From: Sphyrna mokarran | Lineage: Eukaryota | NCBI GenBank assembly: GCA_024679065.1 | Contig: JAGIQG010000022.1 | Location: forward strand, 5,952,001-6,016,000 | Direction of reading: 5' to 3' | DNA: 64,000 nucleotides | Shown here: positions 24,301-36,575 of the stretch, one piece after another | How the letters are laid out: every line of letters begins with the position of its first letter | Position numbering within the stretch: the first letter of the stretch is position 1 | Program-made: the position numbers and the translations under genes | The notes under the pieces: generated by a model | Databases searched by the model: none | The model's input: only the letters and a program-made list of their open reading frames with translations | What the model was told of the DNA's origin: nothing

Positions 24301-27300
24301 CTTAAACTCGTGTCTCACTTCCTAACTGGTGACATTGGCGCATTTAAATATGTCTTTGTATCTGTCCATGGTATCCATGTTTATGTCCATATCAATGTAT
24401 AGTTATGTTTTTATGTATGCATTTTAATATGTATCAATATCTGTATATGTTAATATAGATAAATAAATGTATGTGTATATTAACAGAAAATGTTTGGACA
24501 TTACTATCCCAGTTGTTCCAATTTCAGATTTCCAGTATTTCTATTGTTTACATATTAATCTCTGCATTGCTCAATACATATATATTAATCTCTAATCAAC
24601 AATATTTGTATACATTAATCTCCACTGACTAATATTTGTGTATTTTAGTCTATGAGTTAATATGTGTGTACATTAATATCTGTATTTATTTATTCCACAT
24701 GTTGGTGCTTTTTAACCTTTAAGTAACAGATGATTAGGAGAATCTGATTGTTAAATCTTTCTCAAATTCTGACCGCAATTTTACAGAGCTTTTTGAATCG
24801 GCTCACTTCTTTTAAGTCTAATTTTCCCGCACCAGGTTTATTGCACTCCGACACACACACACGCACTCACTCCTCCTAACAGGCCAAGGTAGAAAACTAA
24901 CACACTGGAATTGTTTTTAATGGTGGTTATTTAATCAGTCTCCCATTATTCCTGGGACGCTGAAGCTACCGCGTTGCTGGAAAATACTGGCTTCTCTTTC
25001 GCTCCTTCCAGTCCCAACCCTTGCTGGAAATTGCGGGGAGTTTGCTGGACGCTATTTCGGCGCAATGTCCGCTGAGGAGGGTTGATTTAAATTGAACCCA
25101 CTCTCCAACACCCTTCCCCAATCCCGAACCAACAGTGGCGAGGGAAGAAATATGCAGCTTTAGAAAAGTGAGTACGGTTCGCAATTTTAACAATGACCCC
25201 GCAAGCCACAAGATTTCTTCTTTCATAATACATCAGTGATTCTGCCCTCGCATCGATGCAGAGACAGTTTCTGGTGGCGCCGTTTACAAAGACAATTTTC
25301 TGCTCATTGAATAAAATAGAACCGGGAACAGAAACACAGGAGGAGATTGAGTTAAAGGTGGCAACATTCGTTGCTTGGCAAAAATAATCATTTTAAACTG
25401 CCCCTTAACCGTTAATTCTTGACGAAATTATATATTTTGGAAAAAAACTCTGCGTTGAACAATGCATCAGAATTTAATAATTAATAAATGATATACTCGA
25501 GGTGATTAGTTAATAATTTATAATTCCATAACTACAATAAATTAATTTCGTTTGTAAAGATCATTCGATGAATTACACAAGTAGTTTGTTTGATTTCTGA
25601 TATGCAATATTCTCCTAATTGAGTCTTTATAACTATCCGACTTGAATATTAATAATTGTGGACTTTTGGGCCGGGTCACTCTGTCCGTATTACCCCCACT
25701 CGAGGGGCGGAGGGAGAGGAGATGGAATGGGGGAAACACTGATTGCTGTCTCCGGCGTCCTAACGTTAACCCCCTCGACATTTAACCCCCTCTGCGTATT
25801 CCACCTTATTTTTGGTTTGACTCTTGCAAGTCTGGAATCCGAATTGAAAATCTGGAAACCGAATGGGAAATGTCCCGAAATAATAAAAAGAATTTATTTG
25901 CGTACAACAACAAAAAAATGAATCGCCTTTAGATTTACAGATACTGGGGTATTTATTTCAAGGCGGAGTTTGCTTTGGATGTTTATTTGTGTGTTTATTG
26001 CTAACGGACGGTGCGGGGTGTTCCGCTTCGGTTCCGCCGCTTTCTGAGCTCCAGAATCTCTCCTCCTGTTGCAAAACAGTTACTGGCGTCAGCGCCCCCA
26101 TCTGACACCTCACGGGGTGAGTGTGTGTGTGAGAGAGAGACTGTGAAACTCTGTAACTCCCACTGGAAACACACAGAGGACCAACACATCCCAGTAAATG
26201 TAGCAAATTACACACAAGATGGAAGGATTGTAAATTGAGTCAATTTCTTAATTTCACATCGCATTGAAAAGCTTACAAACCTCAGATCCGCGATAAGCAG
26301 AGATCCCAGGCAGGGGAGAAATCCCACCCGCAAAAGCGAGAGAGGGAGAGAAAAAGCAACAAGATACGTTTAAAAATAAAGGCATTTGAACTCTGGCGAG
26401 GGGAATTAATTTCGTCCATTTGTGTTCGATAAAGCAATGTTTCAGTCGCAAATACGGCAGTCCTGGTGACTATTCGGAGTGTTTAAAATTCCAGTTCTCT
26501 TTTCCCAGTTGAAAGGACCTCTCTGAATCAGCCTGGCGTGTGTCCCAAGCCCGGGCGCCAGATCAGTGGCCTGTTACCCCACCGCCCGTTTCTCTCCCCT
26601 CACCAGTCCATCCCACTGCCGCCGAACGGATCTAAAGATCCGTTTCTGAACCTCAAAAGGACTATTGCACCGCGGATGGTCTGAAACTGAGATTCGTTTC
26701 CTGATTATTCCCTGCCTGGCTGACATTTAAATCGAATCTGTCCTTTTTCATGGTTGAGATTGAAATGATCAAACACACACATGTTAGTCAATCTGCTATT
26801 CACGTCAAAATGAGGAGTTGAGCACCACAGTAACAGCACGCGAAAATTCCATCATTGGTTATTTTATTAAACATGGGAAACATTCAGCAGATCGAGTTTT
26901 ACAGAAATTGTTTTTTTAAAAAAACTGATTTGGGAACTGTGTAAAGAGAGAGAGGGGAGTTCTATAAAATAAATGGAGATTTTGACGGTGGAAGTTGGAA
27001 GGGGGGGGTAGAAAATAGGATCGGTCTGATGTTAGTGTCGCCCCTTCGCTTGTCCCAGGAAAAGCTCTCACCTGCTGCTAAGTGATCCTCCCAGGATTAG
27101 CAAGTAAAGATGGAAGATATGAATGGTGTTATTTATCCGGTAATGTTATTGAAAGGTGAATATGTAATTAGCTTTCAGATAAATGTAATGACTTGGATCC
27201 GGAGCTCTGTCTAATGAGGAAAAAGTGATTGAATTGATGTCTTGGAATGTTAATGCCGGGAGCGGAATTATTGCGATCAGATCCGGTAAAATGTGACATT

Positions 27301-28894
27301 CCTGCATTATTTAATCCTTTATCAATATTGATATAGACACAATAGTGTCATTAGCATTTAAAACAAGAATGACAAGCGGAAATTAATGATAGGCTAGAAG
27401 CGTCTGGTCCGGTCTTATCCCTGAATGGTTATTAAATTCGGCTCCACGGAGGATCTTCCAATATTCCCAGGGTTAATAGTCACTGGGGTCGGATGGCCAA
27501 TAAGGAAGGCGCCGGGACCACTCCAGTCCCTCGGCCGTAGAGGCGACAGGTAGACTCACTGAAGAAGAAAATGGTACTAAACGATAACACAAAGAAACTG
27601 ATTACAATCTGTATGAGGCCAGGATTAATACGTGTTTGGTAAAATGATTGCTACTCCAAACGAATGCATCTGAATTATTCTGAGCACCAGCGAAAAGTTG
27701 GCCAAGGCAACTTTGCTCCCCCGTCCCCTCCACTCCAACACTGAAACCAAAGTCTCCCTGTGAGTTAAACAAATTGTCAACATTTTGAATCTTATAACAG
27801 CTACTTTTTTTCAACGATACATTGCGATTTTGTATCACGACAAATGTTCAATCAAATGTTTTTTTAAAAAACTCCAATTAAACGGGACGGTTGGAAGAGC
27901 TAATGGGTCTGAATTAAGTTTAAAAGATTTAGTGGCTCATTCCTCCCGGGTTGCGCACAATTCTAACCTTCCCACACGCACCGCCTGCCAAAAAAGCGAA
28001 GTTTTTATTTTAATGCACAAATTCCGACCGATTGAAAGAATAAGAACAGATATTGTCACCGATTAAACAGCCTGGAAATAACAACTTACTGGGTATGTCG
28101 AGGAGAATTAGCGAAACAGTGAGACATACTCATTGATAATTGTTCTCTGTCCAGTGGATACACATTTCACATTATATATTTGATGTAATAGATTCTACAC
28201 ATTGCGTTTTGATTTCATAGCTAATGTGACATCAGGCTAAAACATACAGAATGGGTTGTTCCAGCCGTGCGGAAATGCACTATTCTGGTGTATGTGATAA
28301 TCTGCCTGCACAGGATACCCCCCAAAACCGGCTAACAAATTACTGTTGCTCTATCGTGGATACATGAATGTAGAAATCTGGAGTGAAGTGACCCCGAGAG
28401 TTGCTAAATGTGCATTCCCAACTAATGAGCGGTTGATGGTAAAATTTTTTCTCTCTTACACAGACCCGGCTCATTCGCCTGAGCTTCTTACAGAATTGAG
28501 ATAGGGACCCGCGAACAGGTGGCTGAACCCGTGTGATTTTTACTCGACACTTTACACACTGGAGCGGTTCGATAATCATAACACTTTCTGGAATTCTGAA
28601 TATTTTGGATTCGGAGGAAGACAATATCTAAAAGTGTTCCAGTATGTAAACACAAAATAATCAGATAAAATCTAACTCACTGGTAGCATATATACCAACA
28701 ATAATACATATAATATACTATATAATATTATTATCATAAATCGTTTTACTAATTCCACTTCTGCTTCTCGAAGTCTTTATCGTAGATATATCATACAAGC
28801 TGTGACAAATCATTTATCATGATATTATCTACAGGTCATGTAATATTCACCGCTTTAACAGAACTGGGGGAGAGGGTAATTTCTCTACCTTTTT

Positions 28895-29143
28895 AAATTT
28901 TATTTACTCGTATCACAAGTAAGGCTTACATTAACACTGCAATAAAGTTATTGTGAGATTCCCCTAGTCGCCACAATCCGGCGCCTGTTCGTCAATGCAC
29001 CTAACCAGCACGTCTTTCAGACTGTGGGAGGAAATCCACGCAGACACGGGGACAATGTGCAAACTCCACACAGATAGTGACCCAGGAATCGAACCTGTGT
29101 CCCTGGCGCTGTGTGGCAGCAGTGCTAACCACTGTGCCACCGT
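28895..29143 (-). mobile_element. V-SINE variant
   Basis: Reverse complement reads gtacggtggcacagtggttagcactgctgcc...ggttcgattcc; tail ends in taagccttacttgtga. Confidence 0.9.
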
Positions 29144-30144
29144 ACCATCCTTGTAGGTGTGATAGATTAGGTCAGGAAATCTTCCCATGCTCGCTATTTC
29201 TAGCCCTCAAGTCGCTAAGAAGAGCAGAAAATGGAATTTTCCTGAACAGGGTTTTCCAATGGTCGCAATGGAAAAGTCAGAGTAAATGGAGAAATGAGTC
29301 CTTCACAGACATTTCCCCCCTGCTGACTCATACCTTCGCTCTATCTCTGTCCTCTCAGTTTCTTCCTCTAGTCTGAAATAAATGACAACAAGATTTCAAA
29401 TTGTGTTCTTATACATCTCCCAAAATGGCAAGCACAAACTTTCCGCTTAAATCCGGGGTGGAGATTGACGGAGATGGAAACTTTTCACTAAACTCCGGTG
29501 GATTTGCAAGAAATTCCTAAGTTTCTCTGAAACAGGGGAGGGGATGTCCATCAGGCAACATGACCCCCCTTCCTCCCCATTGGAAAAGTAAGAGTAGTTA
29601 TTCGTGATGAATGATTAGAAATGAATTCCTATTGCCTGACAGCGATAATCCGGAGGAGATAATCTCCCCAGCCCCGGGACACTACCGGAGAATTCACCTT
29701 GTCCGCTCCCGACTGAGCTCATTGAGATCCGGGAGCCGCCACCCAACATCTGGGACCACTCTTCCGCCGAAATTGCGCCAGTTCCTTCACTCTAGTGGAT
29801 ATCTCGTCTAATTCACTTCTGTTCTTTTACCTCCCTCTCGCAACACTGATTTGCAGAAATGAACTGTGACCCCAATTCTTTCAAACCCTACTGATCCCGC
29901 TATACCATCACCCATTCTGCAACCCCCTTCCCAGGACCTCCCCTCCCCCCAACTCCCGGCATCAACATCGAGGTGAACACCTGATTTTTAAAGGGTGTGG
30001 GACAAAACAAGGCCAACGTCGCCGTTAAATGTTATGTGCAGAGATGTTAGAGTGTAATACATTGCTGTTTTCTTGGGATCTTGCTGTGTGAAAATGGGCC
30101 ACCGCTTTTCCCACAACAGAGGGTGCATTAAAATGTACTTCACT

Positions 30145-30360
30145 AAAAATAAAACGCCGCAGTTGATGGAAATCTGAAATGAAAAGAGAACAGATGATGC
30201 TAAAAAGGTCTGCTGGCATCTGTGGGCGGGGAAGGGTTAATGTTTCGAGTCCAATGATTTCTTCAGAAATAAGCTCAAAATGTGTTAACTCTATTTTTTT
30301 TCTCTCCACAGACATTCCAAATGCGGCTGAATATTTCCAACATTTTCTGTTTTTATCTCA
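30145..30360. mobile_element. Penelope-type inverted repeat remnant inserted in a Deu-type SINE tail
   Basis: Flanked by aaaatgtacttcact (30130-30144) and aaaatgacttcact (30361-30374); the host SINE sequence continues on both sides. Confidence 0.7.
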
Positions 30361-30431
30361 AAAATGACTTCACTGGTTGGGAAGCATTTTGAGATGTCAG
30401 GTGGTCTGGAGTTTCTTTAACTTGACTTGGG

Positions 30432-32998
30432 ACTGTCATTGTTATCGTTATCATACATAAACACTGTCCTATCAGCGTCATTGTACACAAATATTGTACA
30501 CAACATGTACACAAACGCTGTACATGAATATTGTATTATGAGTCAATGTATACAAACACTGTACAATCACTGTTATTGTACACAAGCACTGTACGCAAAC
30601 ACTACAATCAGCGTCAATATACACAAACCACTGTACTATTATTGTTATTATACACAAGCATTGTATTATCAACATCATTGTACATAAACACAATTATTAC
30701 TGTTATTGTACATAAGCACAGTACACAAGCACTACTATCAGCATCCATGTACACAAGTACTGCGCTATCGCTTGTTATTGTACACAAGCACTATATACAA
30801 ATATGGTATCATCAGCATCATTGTACACAAACACTGTACTATTACTATTAATGTACACAAACTCTGCACTATCAGTGTCATTGTACATTGTCAATATATA
30901 CAATCACAGAACTATTGCTGTTATTGTACAGTAATTTTATTTGTTCATTTATGGGACATGGGTCTCACTATATGGTAACATTCATTGATCATCCGTAGTT
31001 GAGTTTAGACTGAGTAGCTTTCTAGGCCATTTCACTGTCATTATACAAAAATACTGTACTGTCATTATTCACTGCCATTGCACACACTTTGCTATCACTG
31101 TCAGTACACACAAACACTACTTTTACTGTTTTTACACAAACAGCACAATATCACTGATAGTATATGCCAACACTGTTCTTTCATTTTCCCTGTACATAAA
31201 CACTGTACCATTAGTATCATTATACAATGTCACTGTACACACTCTTATTACTGTCAGTATACACAAACACAACTATTACTGTTGTGTATTATCACTGACA
31301 CACTACACTGTTATTATACACAAACATCTACTGTCCCTGTATACAAGCACTATACTTTAACTGTCACTGTACCTAAACACTGTAATATTACTGTCATTAT
31401 GCAATGTCATTGCATGCAAACACTGTATTATCACTCTATGCTGTAATTACACACAAATATTGTATTATCATTGTCACTGTATACAAACACTGTACTGCTG
31501 CAGCCATTGTATACCACCATTACACAATGTAATCATTCACATTTACAATTACAGTCATATATACAAACACTATAGTCACAGTTACTTTACACAAACACTG
31601 TAATCACTGTCATTGTACACAAATACTATTACTGTCACAGCACTTTGTAATTAAACACAAATATTGTACACAAACATTGCATTGTCACTACACTTTCACT
31701 ATCACTGTACACAAACAATATTATCATTGTCCACTGTACCCTGTCATCATACACAAACACTGTACTATCATTGTCACTGTATACAAACACTGTATTATTA
31801 CTGTCACTGTCAATTGTCATTGTACACAAGTACTGTACTATTACTGTCACTGTATGCAAGCACTAGTGTCACTGTAACTACATGCAAATACTACTATCAC
31901 TGTCACTATATACAAACTGAACTTTCACTGTCTTTCTACAGTGCCATTGTACACAAATACTGTATGTAGACATGGTACTTTCACTGTCACTACATGTAAA
32001 TGTTGTACTATGACTGTCATTGTACACAAACAATGTACTATCATTATCATTGTACAATGTAATTATACACAAGCACTGTATTATCACTGTCACTATATAA
32101 AATGCTCTACTATCACAGTAATCATACACAAATATTGTACTATCACTGCCATTATACAATACGATCACATATAAGCACTATACTGTCCTTGTCTCTATAC
32201 ACTGTTGTTAAATACAAACATTGAATTCTCACAATGATTATACAAAAATAATATACTATCACAATCACTGTAATTATAAACACTATACTATCACTGTCAT
32301 TTATGCTGCCATTATACACAATCATGTATTATCACAGCCACCAAATACTGCCAAAGTACACAAATAACATACTATCAATATCATTGTACAATGCCATTAC
32401 ACACAAGCATTGTACTGCCACTGTACACAAACACTGTTCTATTACCACCATCACCATACACAAAAGTTGTACTACCACCACCATTCTACACAAATTATCA
32501 TACCAATCTATTAATATACAAACACTGTACTATCAGTGTCAATAAATACAAGCACTGTGCTATGACTTATTATACACAAACACTGTACTATCACTGTCAC
32601 TGTATACAAATGTTGTACTATCAATACTGTTCTACACAGATGCTGTTATGTCAGGATCATTATAAACTAACCTATGCTATCATTGACAAACAGCATAATA
32701 TCAGTGTCATTATACACAAATACTGCACTATCACTTTATACCATCACTTTATGTCTTTACACTCTTTCATTGTACACATTGTACGATCTTAGTTATTATA
32801 CATAAACTCAGTCCTATAACAGGCACTATACACAAATGCTGTGCTGTCCCCTCCACTGTGAATACTATTACATCTGTCATTTTACAGAAATGATGTGTTA
32901 TCACTGCCCTGATACACAAACTCTGTATTATATTATCATTGTATGGAAACACTGTTTTATCACTGTCATGACACACAAACACAGTAATGTCACTATTC
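30432..32998. repeat. Long degenerate ~29-30 bp minisatellite (domain A)
   Basis: Consensus close to TTGTACACAAACACTGTACTATCACTGTCA, repeated with divergence; short SINE-derived interruption at ~30940-31035. Confidence 0.9.
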
Positions 32999-33012
32999 AC
33001 ACACACACACAC

Positions 33013-33825
33013 TCACTGCATGCTGTCACTATACACACTGTACTCAGACTGTCACTATGCACACACTGTACTCTGATAGTCACTATGCACACTCTGTGCT
33101 CTGTCACAATACACATACCGTACTATCACTATACACACACTGTACTCTGATTATCACTATGCACACAACTGTACTCTGACTGTCAGTATGCACAGATTGT
33201 ACTCTGACTGTTGCTATTCACACATTGTACTACCACTATGCACATGGTACTCTGTCAGTATGCACATACTGTACACTATCAGTAAGCATACACTGTATTC
33301 TGTCAGTATGCACACATTGTATTCTGACTGTCACTATGTGCACACTGTACTCTGTCACAATGCACACGCTGTATTATCATTGTATGCACACTGTACTCTG
33401 TCACTACATACACTGTACTGTCACTTACACACATTGTACTCTGACTATCATTATGGACACTATATTCTGTCACTATATACACATTGTATTCTGATTGTCA
33501 CTATACACACATTGTATTCTGACTGTTACTATGCACACACTGTACTCTGAATGTCACTATGCACACACTGCATTTTATTACTGTACACACACTGTCCTCT
33601 GACTGTCAGTATGCACACAGTGTATACTGACTGTCACTATACATACATTACCCTGACTGTCACAATGCATGCACTGTAATCTGACTACTATTATACACGC
33701 ACTGTGCTGTCACTATACACACACTGCACTTCACAATATACACGCTGTACTCTGACTGTTACTATGCACACACTGTACTCTGACTGTCAGTATACACACT
33801 GTACTCTGACTGTCAGTATGCATAA
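33013..33825. repeat. Degenerate ~28 bp minisatellite (domain B)
   Basis: Consensus close to CACTATGCACACACTGTACTCTGACTGT. Confidence 0.9.
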
Positions 33826-34134
33826 CAATAATGTATAATCTGTCATTACATACAAAGGCTCTGCTATCACTGCCAATAGAATCTCGGCTTCCTGAAATGA
33901 CAATTTAATTGCTCATGGGTTTTGTTGAATGTTATAAATGTTACGGTTTCATTTAACACCTCGGCCGTAATTTTGAGCGTTTTAAGTTTTCTTAAGGAAA
34001 CAGGTGTCAAAGCGGAACTTTCTAACTGGGCGATAGGATGGAGTAGGTGTCCGATACGGTGAATCTTGGGGGCAGGAGAATGTGATTCTGAGCAGGGACC
34101 GTGTGGCGCTCGACACGTTACAAACTGATCGGCC

Positions 34135-34370
34135 GAGCGGAGAAGAGAAAGGAGAAGGGGCGAGAAAGAGGGACGCAGAAGCACACAGAGAGCGAGAGGG
34201 GAGAGAGGCGCGCAGGGAGACGGAGGGATAGAGTCAGAGGGAGGAAGAAGGGGAAGATACAGAAGAAGAGAAATAATGAGAGGATAAGAAAAGGGGGGAA
34301 TAGATAGGAATAGAAAAGAGGAAAGGTAGAAAAGATAGATACACACAGAGAGGGAGGGGGGGGGGTGCAC
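34135..34370. repeat. Purine-rich (GA) low-complexity tract
   Basis: Almost entirely A/G on the + strand; a similar tract lies at ~57960-58280. Confidence 0.8.
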
Positions 34371-35089
34371 GGGGAGGCAGGCCGGGGCGACAGGGCGAGA
34401 GCAAACTTCACGTTGAACCGCGGTTCCTGAGTCTTTGTCGATCTCAATGTTGTGAGTGGACAAAGCTCCAGCAGCATTGCTGACTCAAGGTACAGACACG
34501 AAGGACGCGGCGGAACAAATCACAGCCACTCTCTTCCCAGAACATAGGGGGAAAGGCGAGTTAAATTGCTGGTTTTGCATTGATGGTGTACATGTCACAT
34601 GAAAAAACATGAAGGATTTTGACAGCTCTTAAACTGCCTGGCGCCATGGCCAGTGTCTCCGCTAAAAATAGGCCGAAATGGGGCGCAAAATAGAAAATGA
34701 AAATGGGTATCAGGAGGGATTGGAGAGAGAGAAGGAAGGAGAAGGGGGTAAGTTTAAATTAGCACTTGTCTTAGGGAGGAGGGAGAGCCGAAAACTTAAT
34801 CACGATTCGGAACAATCACAAAACAAGAAATGAGGTGAACTTCAATGTACAGAAGCTGAAATATGGAACAGAGCAGGAAAATAAATAAGTGCAGAGATAA
34901 AAGGATTGACAAAAACAAGAGAAAATTATATCAAGGATCAATAAAAGATATTGCCGAGGAAGCGGCTCCCAGTGTGGAGATGAACTGCCCAGAGCTCCCT
35001 TAGCTCCTCATTGCACCCAGAGATAAAATTAGTCCGTTATACCTACGGAGTTTAATGATTGGATTCGTTTTGTGGTTCTACTGCCGTTG

Positions 35090-36575
35090 CACACACATAA
35101 TATCACCTAAACACACTATAGACACTCATATACACACAAACACACTCATAAACACACCCACCCACGTATAGACTTTCACACACATTCACATACATAGGAA
35201 CACATCCATATACACAAATAAACATTTATATACCAAACTCTCACACATTCATATACACACACTTCTATGTACAAACACTTCTATGTACAAACACATTCAG
35301 GCATTCATTCTGACACAAACACATCATACACACATGGCACGGTAGCACAGCGGTTAGCGCTGCTAGGAGCCCCAGGTTCAATTTTGGCCTTGGGTGATTG
35401 TGTGGAGTTTGCACGTTCTCCCTGTGTCTGCGTGGGTTTTTTCAGATGCTTCTGTTTCCTCCCACACTCCAAAGATGGGTAGGTTAGGTGGGTTAGCTAT
35501 ACTGAGTTGCCCCTTAGTGCTAGGAGGATTAACAAGATAAATATGTGTGGTCGTGAGAATAGGATCTGGGTATGATTGTCAATGCAGACTCAATGGGCCA
35601 GAATGGCCTCCTTCTACACTGTATGGATCCTATGTTTCTTACTCTCATACAAACACACTCATCACACCTATGCAGAGATATTCCCATATACAGATTCTCA
35701 CATGCTCTCATATAGACACAAACACATACATTCTCACACAAACACACTAATATACACACTTTCACAAATACACTCATATATACACAAACATACACATATG
35801 CCCACACTCTCATGCAAACACACTCACATATATACAAAAACACATGCGTGTAAACACACTTATATACACACTCTCACAAATACTCTTGTATATACAAAAA
35901 TATTCATATGCCCACACATTCATGCAAGCACACTCATATGCACACTGTCTCACATTTATATACACAGAGACATGTCCACATACACACACTCATATACACA
36001 CAAATGCGCACACAATCCACTAATATATTATATATATATAAAATGACATGCACATTAATACATAGGAACATGTTCACATATACATACACGCAGTCAATAT
36101 GTATTCTTATGCACAAACAGAAAACACACTTGTATATGCACTCACATACATGTTCTCTCACACACATGCTCACTTTGGCAGACACACTGGCATACACACA
36201 AACACACATTCACTGTCAAACTACAGGAACTCACTTTGACAAATGCACACATATACACAAAAACACATAACACACACTCATACACACCAGCATACAATCA
36301 CCACAAGTGCACACTCACACTCAATGACTTAATTTCATACAACACACCCATATTCTCACAACATACATAACCCACTCATTCTTAGACACAAAATATATTC
36401 ACACAAAACATATTCTCACATACAGACTCAGTCGCATACAAACTCCACATTCACCCATTAAAACACATAACACTCATTCTCATACACACTCTGTCACTCA
36501 TACACAACACCCATTTATAAGTACATGCACAACAGAAACACATATACATTCACATATGCACATAAAACACATGTA
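35090..36575. repeat. Degenerate CA/TA-rich simple repeat region
   Basis: Long interrupted (CA)n/(TA)n run, split by the SINE at 35335-35640. Confidence 0.9.
35335..35640 (+). mobile_element. HE1-like V-SINE
   Basis: ggcacggtagcacagcggttagc head, V-domain-like core, tail gggccagaatggcctccttctacactgta. Confidence 0.9.

Noticed and set aside
30427-33550. Many Cys/His/Tyr/Thr-rich ORFs of 60-130 aa
   Set aside because: Translations of the minisatellite in several frames and on both strands; no splice structure or domain.
33867-34477. 198-aa minus-strand ORF with hydrophobic stretch
   Set aside because: Derived from the GA-rich low-complexity tract.
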